Shown piece by piece: positions 40,235 to 50,396 of a stretch of 64,000 bases of DNA; within the stretch, counting starts at the first letter, position 1, and each line of letters opens with the position of its first letter. Both the position numbers and the translations under genes were made by a program. Origin of the DNA: Thermoproteota archaeon. Its GTDB lineage: Archaea; Thermoproteota; Thermoprotei; Thermofilales; B9-G17. The DNA is taken from the NCBI GenBank assembly GCA_029258885.1, contig JAPDJW010000002.1, positions 128,001 to 192,000 on the forward strand, read 5' to 3'. Below the pieces are notes generated by a model that saw only the letters and a list, made by a program, of their open reading frames with translations, was not told the DNA's origin and did no database searches.

Positions 40235-43200
40235 TTGAGGAGATCCCATACCAAGCTAAAATATTCATTAATAATTTTTTTAATAATTACTATCCTTTTT
40301 CTTCCGACAGTTTCTGCTTCCCCCGGAAGCTCCACGCCAGTCTCCGACGTAGAAGTAATTAAAAAATTTATAGGCAATAGCACAGCCGCCGTATTAAGCC
40401 ATGTGAGGACTCTTTCTTCCTACGGCTCTAGAGTTGTGGGGACTCAAGGCTTCTATGAAGCTAGAGATTATATAGCGTCGATTATGAGCAATCTGGCTGA
40501 TGAAATATATTACCAGAACTTCACAGTAGCTGTGCCACGCTACGATATAGACTTCTCCTATAGCGTAGACGGTAATAACTATAGAGCCAAAATATATGCA
40601 ATCCTTCCTAATGGCTTCTCTCTAGGTCAGATTGGGGATATAGAGGGAGAACTAGTTTATGTAGGATCCGGCGAGCTTGATTCATATAGAAACATGAATG
40701 TTAACGATAAGATAGTTCTCATAGACTTCGAATCAGAGATAAACTGGCTTAGATACGGGAGCATACTAGGACCCCCCAAGGCATACATCTTCATCGAGCC
40801 GTACGTTCGAGGAGCGACATTTAACGATTCACTGGGTACCGAATTTACGAGAAAAGACGTATATGGACAATACGTCTCCATCCCAATAAATACGCCTAGA
40901 TTCTACGCAAGGATTAGTGATATTAAACATATTCTATCGTTGCTTGAAAATGGGAAAACGATCAAGGGTAAAATACGTGTGAGGGCTGAATGGCGCCTGG
41001 TCAAGGCATGTAATATAATAGGCTACATTAAAGGCACAGTTTTTCCCGACGAGGTATTAATTGTAGCTGCACACTATGACTCCTACTCTATAGTCCCCGA
41101 AATTTCTCCCGGAGCGGATGAAGCTCTTGGAATAAGCTTTATGCTAGAACTAATGAAGTTCTTCAGTATAAATAGGCCGAAAAGATCGATACTTTTCGTA
41201 GCATTATCCGGACACTGGGAAGGCTTGGCTGGAGCAAGGATTTTCACAAAAAACATAATCTTAGGGAAAACTTACAACGTGAAATTATTCATATATCTGG
41301 CTTTTTCGGCATCTGGAAGCGAGCTTGCAATTCTCCATGCAGGACGATTCTACTTTAATCCAACGGCGGGAATAGAGTATCACAGAGCTGGAGTGTTAGA
41401 TAAACTCAACCTCTACATAGGACAATTAAAGATAAAACTGTATGGAGGAGAAAGGAGCGTAGAGAGTTTCATATATCCCGGCTACGCTTGGCTCAACATA
41501 ATATATGGGGATCCTCTCTCAATCTTCGATAGCGAGGCCTTTACACTCGCTGGAGGATACGGTCTAGCCTTCTACGTTCCAGGTCCAAGGCTGTACTGGG
41601 GTACGCCCTACGATGAATATTCCAAGTTTAAAGAGAATTTCGAGAATAACGTAGTTTCAAGGAAGTCAAACTTCCTAGAAGCCTCAGCCTCATTAATATA
41701 TATTCTGGCAAACGACCTAGAGCTTAACATTAAGGAGCCAAGCTTCCGTCTTTTTGATACAAACTATGGTGGCTTCTCCACAATCAGGGGACGCGTATTA
41801 ATATACAACTTAAGCACGGGATGGTATACCCCAGTACCTAATGCTATTGTCAGATTAAGGGTAATAGCCAGCATGCCTAATTCATTTGGCCTCGGAATAT
41901 ACGGTGGATACCCCAAAATAAAGGCCGAATACGTGGAGGGATACTATACTACATCTGGAAGCATAATTAACATAACTGATAGCAAGGGCGAATTCACAAT
42001 ATATGGGATATCGCCGTCAGCCCTCCTGGGAACGGAGTACCTTCCGAGCATAAGGTACAGCTATATAATAGAGGCGTGTATCCTCAATGAAAGAGGCGAG
42101 ATAGAATACTACAGCGACCTAGGAGTACACAGCAGAGATGTAGTGTTTGAAATCAATAGGGAAGAAGAGATGGTAAACCATGTTATTTTCAGATGCGGTT
42201 CAATAATTGCTTATTCGATAATAGAACCTGAAACTCTATCAATACCGAAAATATTTAGGCTTGAGGTAAGGGACGCATTAAGCCACATGACCCCGCAATT
42301 TTACGGAAGCACTTTCTACTCATTCAGCGAGGGATATAGCGCTTTCATAGTATTTTCGAGACCAGATACCCCCATTGAAATATTTATAGTATCGAGAAGC
42401 CCCCTAACAGGCGAACCCAAGCCGCTGGTTTTCCTAAACAATGTAAGCAGAGGACTTAGAGCTGAATATGGTCGTAGCACCTACCTGAAGTTCTCATTCA
42501 TCCAGATAGCAGAAGATCTTTACAATATATGTTCGGAACGCTATAGCATGTTTTATAGTCAGGGGATAAGGAACCTTGAAGTAGAGGATAACCTTAACAG
42601 CATAAGACTGTATCTGGATAAGGCTAGGGAGAAGGTTGCCTTAAACGAATACACTCAGTCCATGATTCTAGCGCTGGAGGCTTGGAAGCTAGCTAGAGAA
42701 GTATACGTGAAACTGTATTACGAAGGTTTAAACATAAGGTTTTCAATAATATTTGTATTTATTCTCCTAATACCCTTTATCTACTTCTTTGAGAGGCTCC
42801 TCTTCATGTACCCCGATATTAAAAGACAGACGCTAGCGATGGTTTCAATTTCTATAGTAATAGTTGTATTCCTATACCTCATGCATCCGGCCTTTAAGCT
42901 GGTAGAGGATCTTTTCCTCCTTTTCCTAGGAGTATTAATTTCTGTATTAACTCTACCTACAATGGCTATACTCTTATTCGACTTCGCTTCGCTACTCTAT
43001 GTATTTAAGAAGAAGGTTAGAGGACCTCACTTTACTGGTATAAGCCGTAGCGGAGCTATAGTTGCAGCTTTCAATATTGGTGCGTCGATGATGAGGCGAA
43101 GAAAACTTAGAAGTAGCCTAACCTTCGCAACCCTAGTCATAATAATTCTAGCACTTATAATATTCTCATTCCCCGCCGTAACCATCGGTGTAGTTAAGCG

Positions 43201-44797
43201 GAACACCTATCTGGCACCAACATACACTGGAATACTCATACGAGATAGCCTGTGGAGAAACATACCTACGAAAGTTATTAATTTAGTAAACTTAACTTTA
43301 AAGGAGTCCGGATACCCCTACAGCATATCAACTAGGGTATGGCTTTACCCATCGGATTCAATATACATAGCTGGCAGGAATGAGGAATTCAAGGGGCTAA
43401 TTAGCGCTTTCTTAGGCTTCGATTGGAGGGAGGATAAGGTATCGGGTATAAGCGGCCTCATTGTGAGGGGTAGATGGTTTAAGGAGAACGATTATCAAGT
43501 ATGTATTGTTGATGAAAAGGCTGTGGAATATCTAGGCATAAATCTAACTAACGTAGCTTTAGGCAGGGAATACCTTACTTTCTCTAATGGATTAAAGCTG
43601 AAGGTGGTAGGCGTAATAAATGGTAAATTATTCAGTAACAAGCTGGAGCTGGATGGAGGAAACTTTACTCTCCTAGATATTAAGGGTATAGCTGTGGGCT
43701 TAAAAGAGGAGCGTATGAAGCTATTCAGATATTTGCCTACCAGTATAGTGCGGGGGGAGGATCTAGGCTACTTCATAGTAATAGTGCCTTCAAAACTAGC
43801 CTTAGACTTGGGAGGAAAAGTCTATAGTATAGCCGTAAAGGTTCATGAAGCTAACATCTATAGGACGCTGGAGGCCATCGACGATATAGCTAAAAATCTA
43901 GCATTAAGGCTAAACAAGACGTACTTTATATACGCCGTACAATTAACTCCGAAAAAGACTTTAAGTGTCTATAGATATATGGTCTCCCCAGTGTATGTAT
44001 CAGGAAGCGTAGAGCAGCTCGTAATACCGATTGCTATAGGCATATTAATACTATTCAACTCTATGCTATCAAACGTGTACGAGAGAGCTAAGGAAATAGG
44101 CGTCTACAGCGCATTAGGATTATCGCCTTATCATGTATCGGGAATGTTTCTAGCTGAAGCAGTAATTCTAGCCGTAGTAAGTAGCATGATAGGTTATTTA
44201 ATGGGCGTATTCCTGGCTAAAATGATAAACGTATTCAAGCTATTCCCCAAAATATATCTAAACTTCACCATCAGCATACCGATATATTCAACTATGCTTT
44301 CGATAGCTGCATCCCTGCTTGCTATATGGTATCCAGTACTCAGAGCATCTAAGATGGTAACACCATCCTTTGAAAGGGAATGGAAGCCAAAAAGCAAGCC
44401 TAGAGGAGATGCCTGGATAGTAAACCTGCCGTTCGTAGCTACAAGTATGAGCGAAGCTAAGGCTATTCTTAAATTCATCTTGGAGTACCTCGAACATTAT
44501 AGAGTACACGGCAAAATATTCACTACGCTGGAGGCAGGTATACGCTACGAGGAGGAAACGCCGGTACTCAAGGCAAAACTTCAGATGGCACCATATGAGC
44601 TTGGAATACAGCAGGACGTATCTATAGTTATATCCAGGATAGCGGAAGAACGATACTCGTTCACGCTTGAAATGAGGAGAATTAGAGGTCCAAGACAGTC
44701 TTGGATAAGATCCTCGACTATTCTTGCGAGAGAGCTTAGAAAGCAATTCCTAATATGGAGGGGGTTAAGTCTTGAGGAGAAGAGAAAATACGAATAA
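40235..44797 (+). CDS. 1520-aa fusion of an M28-peptidase-like/PA ectodomain with FtsX-type permease domains
   Basis: SRVVGTQG, AAHYDS, PGADEALG and LSGHWEGLAG. Then RRRKLRSSLT and SNVYERAKEIGVYSALGLSP....FLAE. Confidence 0.78.
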   Translation: MRRSHTKLKYSLIIFLIITILFLPTVSASPGSSTPVSDVEVIKKFIGNSTAAVLSHVRTLSSYGSRVVGTQGFYEARDYIASIMSNLADEIYYQNFTVAVPRYDIDFSYSVDGNNYRAKIYAILPNGFSLGQIGDIEGELVYVGSGELDSYRNMNVNDKIVLIDFESEINWLRYGSILGPPKAYIFIEPYVRGATFNDSLGTEFTRKDVYGQYVSIPINTPRFYARISDIKHILSLLENGKTIKGKIRVRAEWRLVKACNIIGYIKGTVFPDEVLIVAAHYDSYSIVPEISPGADEALGISFMLELMKFFSINRPKRSILFVALSGHWEGLAGARIFTKNIILGKTYNVKLFIYLAFSASGSELAILHAGRFYFNPTAGIEYHRAGVLDKLNLYIGQLKIKLYGGERSVESFIYPGYAWLNIIYGDPLSIFDSEAFTLAGGYGLAFYVPGPRLYWGTPYDEYSKFKENFENNVVSRKSNFLEASASLIYILANDLELNIKEPSFRLFDTNYGGFSTIRGRVLIYNLSTGWYTPVPNAIVRLRVIASMPNSFGLGIYGGYPKIKAEYVEGYYTTSGSIINITDSKGEFTIYGISPSALLGTEYLPSIRYSYIIEACILNERGEIEYYSDLGVHSRDVVFEINREEEMVNHVIFRCGSIIAYSIIEPETLSIPKIFRLEVRDALSHMTPQFYGSTFYSFSEGYSAFIVFSRPDTPIEIFIVSRSPLTGEPKPLVFLNNVSRGLRAEYGRSTYLKFSFIQIAEDLYNICSERYSMFYSQGIRNLEVEDNLNSIRLYLDKAREKVALNEYTQSMILALEAWKLAREVYVKLYYEGLNIRFSIIFVFILLIPFIYFFERLLFMYPDIKRQTLAMVSISIVIVVFLYLMHPAFKLVEDLFLLFLGVLISVLTLPTMAILLFDFASLLYVFKKKVRGPHFTGISRSGAIVAAFNIGASMMRRRKLRSSLTFATLVIIILALIIFSFPAVTIGVVKRNTYLAPTYTGILIRDSLWRNIPTKVINLVNLTLKESGYPYSISTRVWLYPSDSIYIAGRNEEFKGLISAFLGFDWREDKVSGISGLIVRGRWFKENDYQVCIVDEKAVEYLGINLTNVALGREYLTFSNGLKLKVVGVINGKLFSNKLELDGGNFTLLDIKGIAVGLKEERMKLFRYLPTSIVRGEDLGYFIVIVPSKLALDLGGKVYSIAVKVHEANIYRTLEAIDDIAKNLALRLNKTYFIYAVQLTPKKTLSVYRYMVSPVYVSGSVEQLVIPIAIGILILFNSMLSNVYERAKEIGVYSALGLSPYHVSGMFLAEAVILAVVSSMIGYLMGVFLAKMINVFKLFPKIYLNFTISIPIYSTMLSIAASLLAIWYPVLRASKMVTPSFEREWKPKSKPRGDAWIVNLPFVATSMSEAKAILKFILEYLEHYRVHGKIFTTLEAGIRYEEETPVLKAKLQMAPYELGIQQDVSIVISRIAEERYSFTLEMRRIRGPRQSWIRSSTILARELRKQFLIWRGLSLEEKRKYE

Positions 44798-46661
44798 ATT
44801 AAAAGAAGGCTTCACTATAAGGTCAATCTTAGGAATACTCTATGTAATACTAATACTATTGCCCACAAACATGTACTATACTTTAGCCATAGGCGGAAGC
44901 CTAGCGTTTGCAGCGCCGATAATATCCCTAATATTCTTCCTTGAAGTATTCCGCTTCTCGGAACGTCCGCTGACGAAACAGGAGGCTTTTATCATATACT
45001 CGATAGCCTCTGAAGCAGCTATGGGGAGCGTTGCGATGGCCCTGATAGGAAACGTATATTTTAGGGCAAGTCCGATGGCAGAGTACTTTGGAATAAGCGG
45101 AATAATACCCGACTGGTGGGCGCCAGCTCCCACATCCGAGGCAATACAGCTCCGCACGTTCTTCCACAGCGACTGGATTCTACCAATAACAATTCTATTC
45201 TCTGCGTGGACTCTAGGAAAAATCATAGATTTCTCGCTAGCAACATACCTCTACTACCAGCTGATAGAGATAGAGAACCTACCCTTCCCGCTAGCTAAGG
45301 TCTCAGCTGAAACAGTACTAAGCTTAGCAGACCCCAGATACGCGCATAAGAGGAGGATGTTCGCTATTGCAAGTATCGTTGGGCTGGCATATGGAATAAT
45401 AACATACTTAGTACCGATACTAACCGACTATAGGTTAGTCATAATTCCATCCCCATTCTACGATCTAACCAGATATATTGAGCATATTGCGCCGGGAGCC
45501 AGCTTGGGAGTATCAACGGACTTGGTGGCATATACTGTAGCCTTCTATATGCCTCACAGTTTCATCATAGTACTATTTATGACGTCCCTGGCAGTATACC
45601 TCTTCGGAAACCACCTGCTGGTTAAAAACGGCTATTTCAAACTCTACATGCCCGGAATGAGCCTTGGGGAAATATTCACGTGGTCCTACATCTCCTACTG
45701 GATAAACCCAACAGTAGGATTCGGAGTAGCAATAGCACTCTTCCAAATAATATACAATAGAAAGTATATTCTAGATGCTATAGGGAAGTTCGGACAGGTA
45801 GGTGAGGTTGCTACACTCAAGACAAAATTGCCAGCATACATGTTCTTTGCATCCACCGCCATAGCTTCCCTCATGGCATGGGCTCTCTCAGGCTTCAACC
45901 CATACTACCTATTAATCATAGTCTCGGTTTCAATAGTCTGGTCGTTCCTGTTCTCACATCTACAGGGAAGAGCTCTAGCAGAATTCGGAATTACGTTTGA
46001 TATACCATACTTCGTGCCTGCAATAATATATATAAGTGGAGCCAGGGACCCCAAGCTATGGTTTGTACAGACTGCTGGCTTCACAGTCTATACAGGAGGA
46101 GTTAGTTTACTCCAGCAGTTGAAGGTAGCAACTCTCTGTGAGACTAAGCCAATGAGCTATATTAAAGCCTGGTTCTTCACGTGGTTCGTAGGGGCAATAG
46201 CGAGCATAATATTTCTACAAATGTTCTGGAGCATAGCTCCGATACCCTCCTCGATGTATCCGGCATCGCTAATAAACTTCCCAGTACAGGCAGCTGAACA
46301 ATATTTACTTCTATCTACAGTCACCGAAATAGGGAGTAAGGCCATTACGCTGGATATCCACAGCATTACATACGGCTTCATTATTGGAGTAGTTTTATCA
46401 GCGCTAGCATACCTCCTAGGAAAATCGCCTTCACTAATAGGCCTAGGAATACTTGCAGGCATGAGGACATGGATATCAACGGCCATATCGTTTACAATAG
46501 GAATAGTAATTGCTAGGATAATTCAGAAAATATTGGGAAGGGAGAAGTGGGAGGATAGCAGATTCGTTATTGCAGCTGGGACATACGCTGGACTGGGGCT
46601 GGCAATAGGATTAAGCGTAATTATATTGTTCCTAAAGAAGGCATTAATTCTGCCGTACTAG
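44772..46661 (+). CDS. OPT-like polytopic membrane protein
   Basis: FTIRSILG, PLTKQEAFII, IENLPFPLA, PGASLG and W......AAG...G.GL. Overlaps the upstream gene. Confidence 0.7.
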   Translation: MRRRENTNKLKEGFTIRSILGILYVILILLPTNMYYTLAIGGSLAFAAPIISLIFFLEVFRFSERPLTKQEAFIIYSIASEAAMGSVAMALIGNVYFRASPMAEYFGISGIIPDWWAPAPTSEAIQLRTFFHSDWILPITILFSAWTLGKIIDFSLATYLYYQLIEIENLPFPLAKVSAETVLSLADPRYAHKRRMFAIASIVGLAYGIITYLVPILTDYRLVIIPSPFYDLTRYIEHIAPGASLGVSTDLVAYTVAFYMPHSFIIVLFMTSLAVYLFGNHLLVKNGYFKLYMPGMSLGEIFTWSYISYWINPTVGFGVAIALFQIIYNRKYILDAIGKFGQVGEVATLKTKLPAYMFFASTAIASLMAWALSGFNPYYLLIIVSVSIVWSFLFSHLQGRALAEFGITFDIPYFVPAIIYISGARDPKLWFVQTAGFTVYTGGVSLLQQLKVATLCETKPMSYIKAWFFTWFVGAIASIIFLQMFWSIAPIPSSMYPASLINFPVQAAEQYLLLSTVTEIGSKAITLDIHSITYGFIIGVVLSALAYLLGKSPSLIGLGILAGMRTWISTAISFTIGIVIARIIQKILGREKWEDSRFVIAAGTYAGLGLAIGLSVIILFLKKALILPY

Positions 46662-46779
46662 GGATAGCTCATATGCGGCGGCCAGCGTCATCCCCCTAAG
46701 GGGGTACGTATTTATATAATTAATCATCGCCGTAAATAGTAATCCCAAACTTATACTTAAGTATTGAGGATATAGCAAC

Positions 46780-48030
46780 TTATTCAATACTTTCATCCCT
46801 AGCAGATGGCTTTAACAACCATTTCCATAGAGGCACCACCTCAATACATTTATCCTTTATATCAATGACGTCTTCCTCCGCCCATGTGATAATTGTCCCC
46901 CTCTTTATCTTCAGCTCATTCAAAGCTTTAAACATCTTCTTTACATGGCTCTGCTGTACTTCGTATGTAACCTCAATTAGATCTTTTACATATCCCCTTT
47001 CCCTTACTAGGAAATCTACCTCTTCTCTACCCTTGGTTCTATAGTATGATATGTCCGTAAATGGACTACTTCTTCTAAGCAGTTCTATAAAAACTAGGTT
47101 TTCAATTTTTCTCCCGATATCAAGAGTCTCCGGAAAGAGGTTTGAAAAGGATACATCAATAACATACAGTTTCCTAGGGTTAACTATACGACTCCGCTGA
47201 GAATAGGAAAATATCTCCAGAGTATAGACGAGGAAGGCCTGCTTCATGTAGCCTATATAGTTTATCAGGGTTTTTACATCTATATCCACGCCCATAGACT
47301 TCAATATGCGATTTATAGATCTATAGGATATCAGATTAGAATAGTTTGATAAAGTAAAATAGAAAACAGACTTAAAGATCTCAATATTTTCGATATTGAA
47401 CCTCTCAATTATGTCCTTAAAGAATATAGTCTCAAGCAAGCTTATGATCTTCTCCCTAGACCTCTGTAACCAAACCTCAGGAAAACCTCCCCACTTAAGA
47501 TACTCTTCAAGCAAGCGTAGTATTCTTCCTCTCTCCCTAAACGTTCTTACCTCAAAGTCTACTAGCTCCCTAAACGATAGGGGGTATAGGATTTTAGAGA
47601 TATATCGTCCCCTTAATCTCTTGGGAATCTCTGAGGACATTAAAGTAGATGAAGAGCCTGAAACATATATTCTGAAATCTTTGACGTCGTGAAGCCACCG
47701 CAGATTAAAGTCCCAGTTCTCCCACTCCTGAATCTCGTCTAAGAAAAGATAAACACGACCATGAGGATAATCCTTCCTCACGAGCTCCGCAAATTTTCTA
47801 ACATCCATCTTTCTCAGAAAAGGCTCATCTAGAGAAGCGTATATTACCTGCTTACCGGAATCCAGTAGTTCCCTAGCTTTTTTCAATAACATAAATGTTT
47901 TCCCTACCCTTCTAGCTCCTATCAATGCAAGAATATCCGTGTACTCTCCAAGCTCCATTCTCCTTCTAATCTCCCTTACATACCTCAAAGATTCCAGATA
48001 CTCGTAGGTTATCTCAAGCAGGCTTACCAT
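46780..48030 (-). CDS. AAA_14 ATPase with DUF4143 (archaeal ATP-binding protein)
   Basis: GARRVGKT, FLDEIQ, VSGSS, WGGFPE, KLYVID, ENLVF and EVDF. Confidence 0.88.
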   Translation of the reverse strand: MVSLLEITYEYLESLRYVREIRRRMELGEYTDILALIGARRVGKTFMLLKKARELLDSGKQVIYASLDEPFLRKMDVRKFAELVRKDYPHGRVYLFLDEIQEWENWDFNLRWLHDVKDFRIYVSGSSSTLMSSEIPKRLRGRYISKILYPLSFRELVDFEVRTFRERGRILRLLEEYLKWGGFPEVWLQRSREKIISLLETIFFKDIIERFNIENIEIFKSVFYFTLSNYSNLISYRSINRILKSMGVDIDVKTLINYIGYMKQAFLVYTLEIFSYSQRSRIVNPRKLYVIDVSFSNLFPETLDIGRKIENLVFIELLRRSSPFTDISYYRTKGREEVDFLVRERGYVKDLIEVTYEVQQSHVKKMFKALNELKIKRGTIITWAEEDVIDIKDKCIEVVPLWKWLLKPSARDESIE

Positions 48031-48128
48031 ACCTATCTGTAGAATATTGTTCCACAAAAAATATAAATTTTATGGAATAATACTCCACAATACAATAACC
48101 AATCTACTAGAAGTTTAAGCAATCGAAA

Positions 48129-48941
48129 TTAATCTATACTAATAGCCTTCCTTGAGACGTATTCATCTTCGAGACTATATACAACTACCATATTTTTCCC
48201 GAGGGGAGCGAACTCAAGTATGCCTTCATCATACCTAGTTAAAGTACTTGAAGCAATGATGTAGCATCCGCTACCATGTTTAGCTTCATAAAGCTCGCAG
48301 TACTCCCTCCTAGCTTCACCATAGATAATCCTTGCAACAAGCAATTCAACCTTATCCCTGGGGGAAAACTTTAAAATTAAGATATTAGAGCACGAACCAT
48401 AAAGCCCTTTATCGTGAAGCAATTCGTGCAGTTTAATAAAGCCATCAATTAACTTTCCATCGTTCTTCTCAACAAATTCCCTTAGGAGCATCGCGTGAAT
48501 AAAAGTATCAGAAACACTATCCAAATCCACCTTAACCCTATTAGACAACAGCTCGTACGCCTTCACCTTATCGATACCGCCGTTCTGAGCGAAAAATACC
48601 AGGCTTCCATCGTTCGATGTAAAGGAGAATGGATGAGCTGAAAACGTATCAACAGGGGTATTCTTCGACGCCTTCCTAGTATGTACTAAGCCTAATGCAA
48701 TGCTATAACGTCTAAGCAGCCTTTCCAGAGCACTAATACTTGAATCCTCCCATATAGGAACTCTAGTCTTATAGCTTAACAACCTCCACTCATCCTCCTT
48801 TAAAGCAACGGCGTATCCCCAGCCATCATCATGCTGCTTAAATGAAGCCAAAATCTCTCTTCTAGATGCATTAACCAGCAACTTGAGAAGATAGCCAACA
48901 TCGAATTCCTCAGTTAATGCAAAAGCGAGAAGCCTACACAC
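48129..48941 (-). CDS. Class II glutamine amidotransferase (Ntn; YafJ/EgtC-like)
   Basis: N-terminal MCRLL, HDDGWG, HTRKAS, HPF, QNGGI and SDT. Confidence 0.85.
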   Translation of the reverse strand: MCRLLAFALTEEFDVGYLLKLLVNASRREILASFKQHDDGWGYAVALKEDEWRLLSYKTRVPIWEDSSISALERLLRRYSIALGLVHTRKASKNTPVDTFSAHPFSFTSNDGSLVFFAQNGGIDKVKAYELLSNRVKVDLDSVSDTFIHAMLLREFVEKNDGKLIDGFIKLHELLHDKGLYGSCSNILILKFSPRDKVELLVARIIYGEARREYCELYEAKHGSGCYIIASSTLTRYDEGILEFAPLGKNMVVVYSLEDEYVSRKAISID

Positions 48942-49145
48942 CTCCTTTCACCTCTCTAATTTTAAACGAAGGGTAATATATCCCTTAGCAGTACACGTTA
49001 ATCTTATAAAATTACCGCCCAGCCGATACCACAGGCTAAAACTATTAAATTTATAGGAATCAGCTTTTAAGTTAAGCATTAAATACAATAATATTTAGGA
49101 TTCAGCTTATAATTATCATAACAACATCTTGATAAGGAGTGGAAC

Positions 49146-50396
49146 GTGGTTAAGAGGCTGGATCCAGCATTATGTGCCAAGTGTAAGGGAACTAGGAGAC
49201 TATGCGGTAGACCTGTCTGTCCCATTTTAAAGAGAATAGAGAACCTAGTTAAAGTAAAGAACGTGGTAAGTAAGAGGGAGCTCTTCGCTGCAACCCCGCC
49301 CTCAGTGTTAGTCGGCGAGCAGGGATATCCCTATATCTGGCTAGGGCCAAATGTAGCGCCATTGACCGGAGATAGTGCAGTTGAATACGATAATCCCGAG
49401 CTGTGGTGGGGAGTAAAGAACATCAATGATATTATAGCGCTACGCTCCTCAATGGTTTTCTCAAGGTTTAGACTCAAAGTATCCAAGGCTAGATCGGCTT
49501 CCGATAAACTGCTGGATTTAACGAGAGAGGCAGCGTTATCCGTAAAGCCTGTTGATGCAGAGTATCTCTTCGCCAAGCCCCCCAGGCCACAGTTAAAGTT
49601 TGATGGAATACTTTCCCCCATAGGTCCTAGAGCACGCCTAGTTAAGATGAACATAGTAGATAACCCGGTAGTTCCAAGGAAGGTCGATAACATAGTAGAG
49701 GACTACGATGTATTAGCTCGAGACGCCATTAGAGAGCTGTATCAGCACGGCGTAAGCTTCTATCATATAGTGAGAATATTCAGCCTAGGAATGCTTGGCG
49801 TGAAAATCCAGAGGAGGCTGGTGCCGACTAGATGGGCGATAACGGCCGTAGACAGCACTCTAGGCGATCTACTTTTAAAGAAGGTTAAGGAGTATAAGGC
49901 TATAAACCAGATAGAACTCTACTTCACAGAGTATATAGGGAATAGATACGTATTGATCCTCGCACCGGGAGCCTGGTCCTTTGAAATGATAGAGATATGG
50001 CTACCTAGAAGCGTATGGGTCAAGGATGTTAAGCCATACTTTACCGTAAACTACGAGCTATACGACGGCAGGTGGAGGAGGCCTGGGGTCGATGGAGGAT
50101 ATCATGCTATAAGATTTCCCGTACTCGAATCACTATTCCAGAGGAGGAGGCAGGCTACAGTCATAGCCATAAGGGAGGTTACGAGGGAATACTATGCTCC
50201 AGTTGGATCCTGGCAGATAAGGGAGAGCGTACGTCATGCATTAAAATCAAAGCCTAAAATCTTCCCGACACTAGTAGATGCGTTAAAATCGGCAAGCAAA
50301 TACATTGATACATCCATTAACCTAATTATAAGGGAGTCGTACCTACTTAAACTGCTATTAACTCAACGTAAGATAACGGAATTTCAGGAGAAATAA
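49146..50396 (+). CDS. nreA: DNA repair protein NreA
   Basis: LCAKCKGTRRLCGRPVCP, TRWAITAVD, GGYHAIR, YYAPVGSWQIRE and the C-terminal PIP box QRKITEF. Confidence 0.92.
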   Translation: MVKRLDPALCAKCKGTRRLCGRPVCPILKRIENLVKVKNVVSKRELFAATPPSVLVGEQGYPYIWLGPNVAPLTGDSAVEYDNPELWWGVKNINDIIALRSSMVFSRFRLKVSKARSASDKLLDLTREAALSVKPVDAEYLFAKPPRPQLKFDGILSPIGPRARLVKMNIVDNPVVPRKVDNIVEDYDVLARDAIRELYQHGVSFYHIVRIFSLGMLGVKIQRRLVPTRWAITAVDSTLGDLLLKKVKEYKAINQIELYFTEYIGNRYVLILAPGAWSFEMIEIWLPRSVWVKDVKPYFTVNYELYDGRWRRPGVDGGYHAIRFPVLESLFQRRRQATVIAIREVTREYYAPVGSWQIRESVRHALKSKPKIFPTLVDALKSASKYIDTSINLIIRESYLLKLLLTQRKITEFQEK

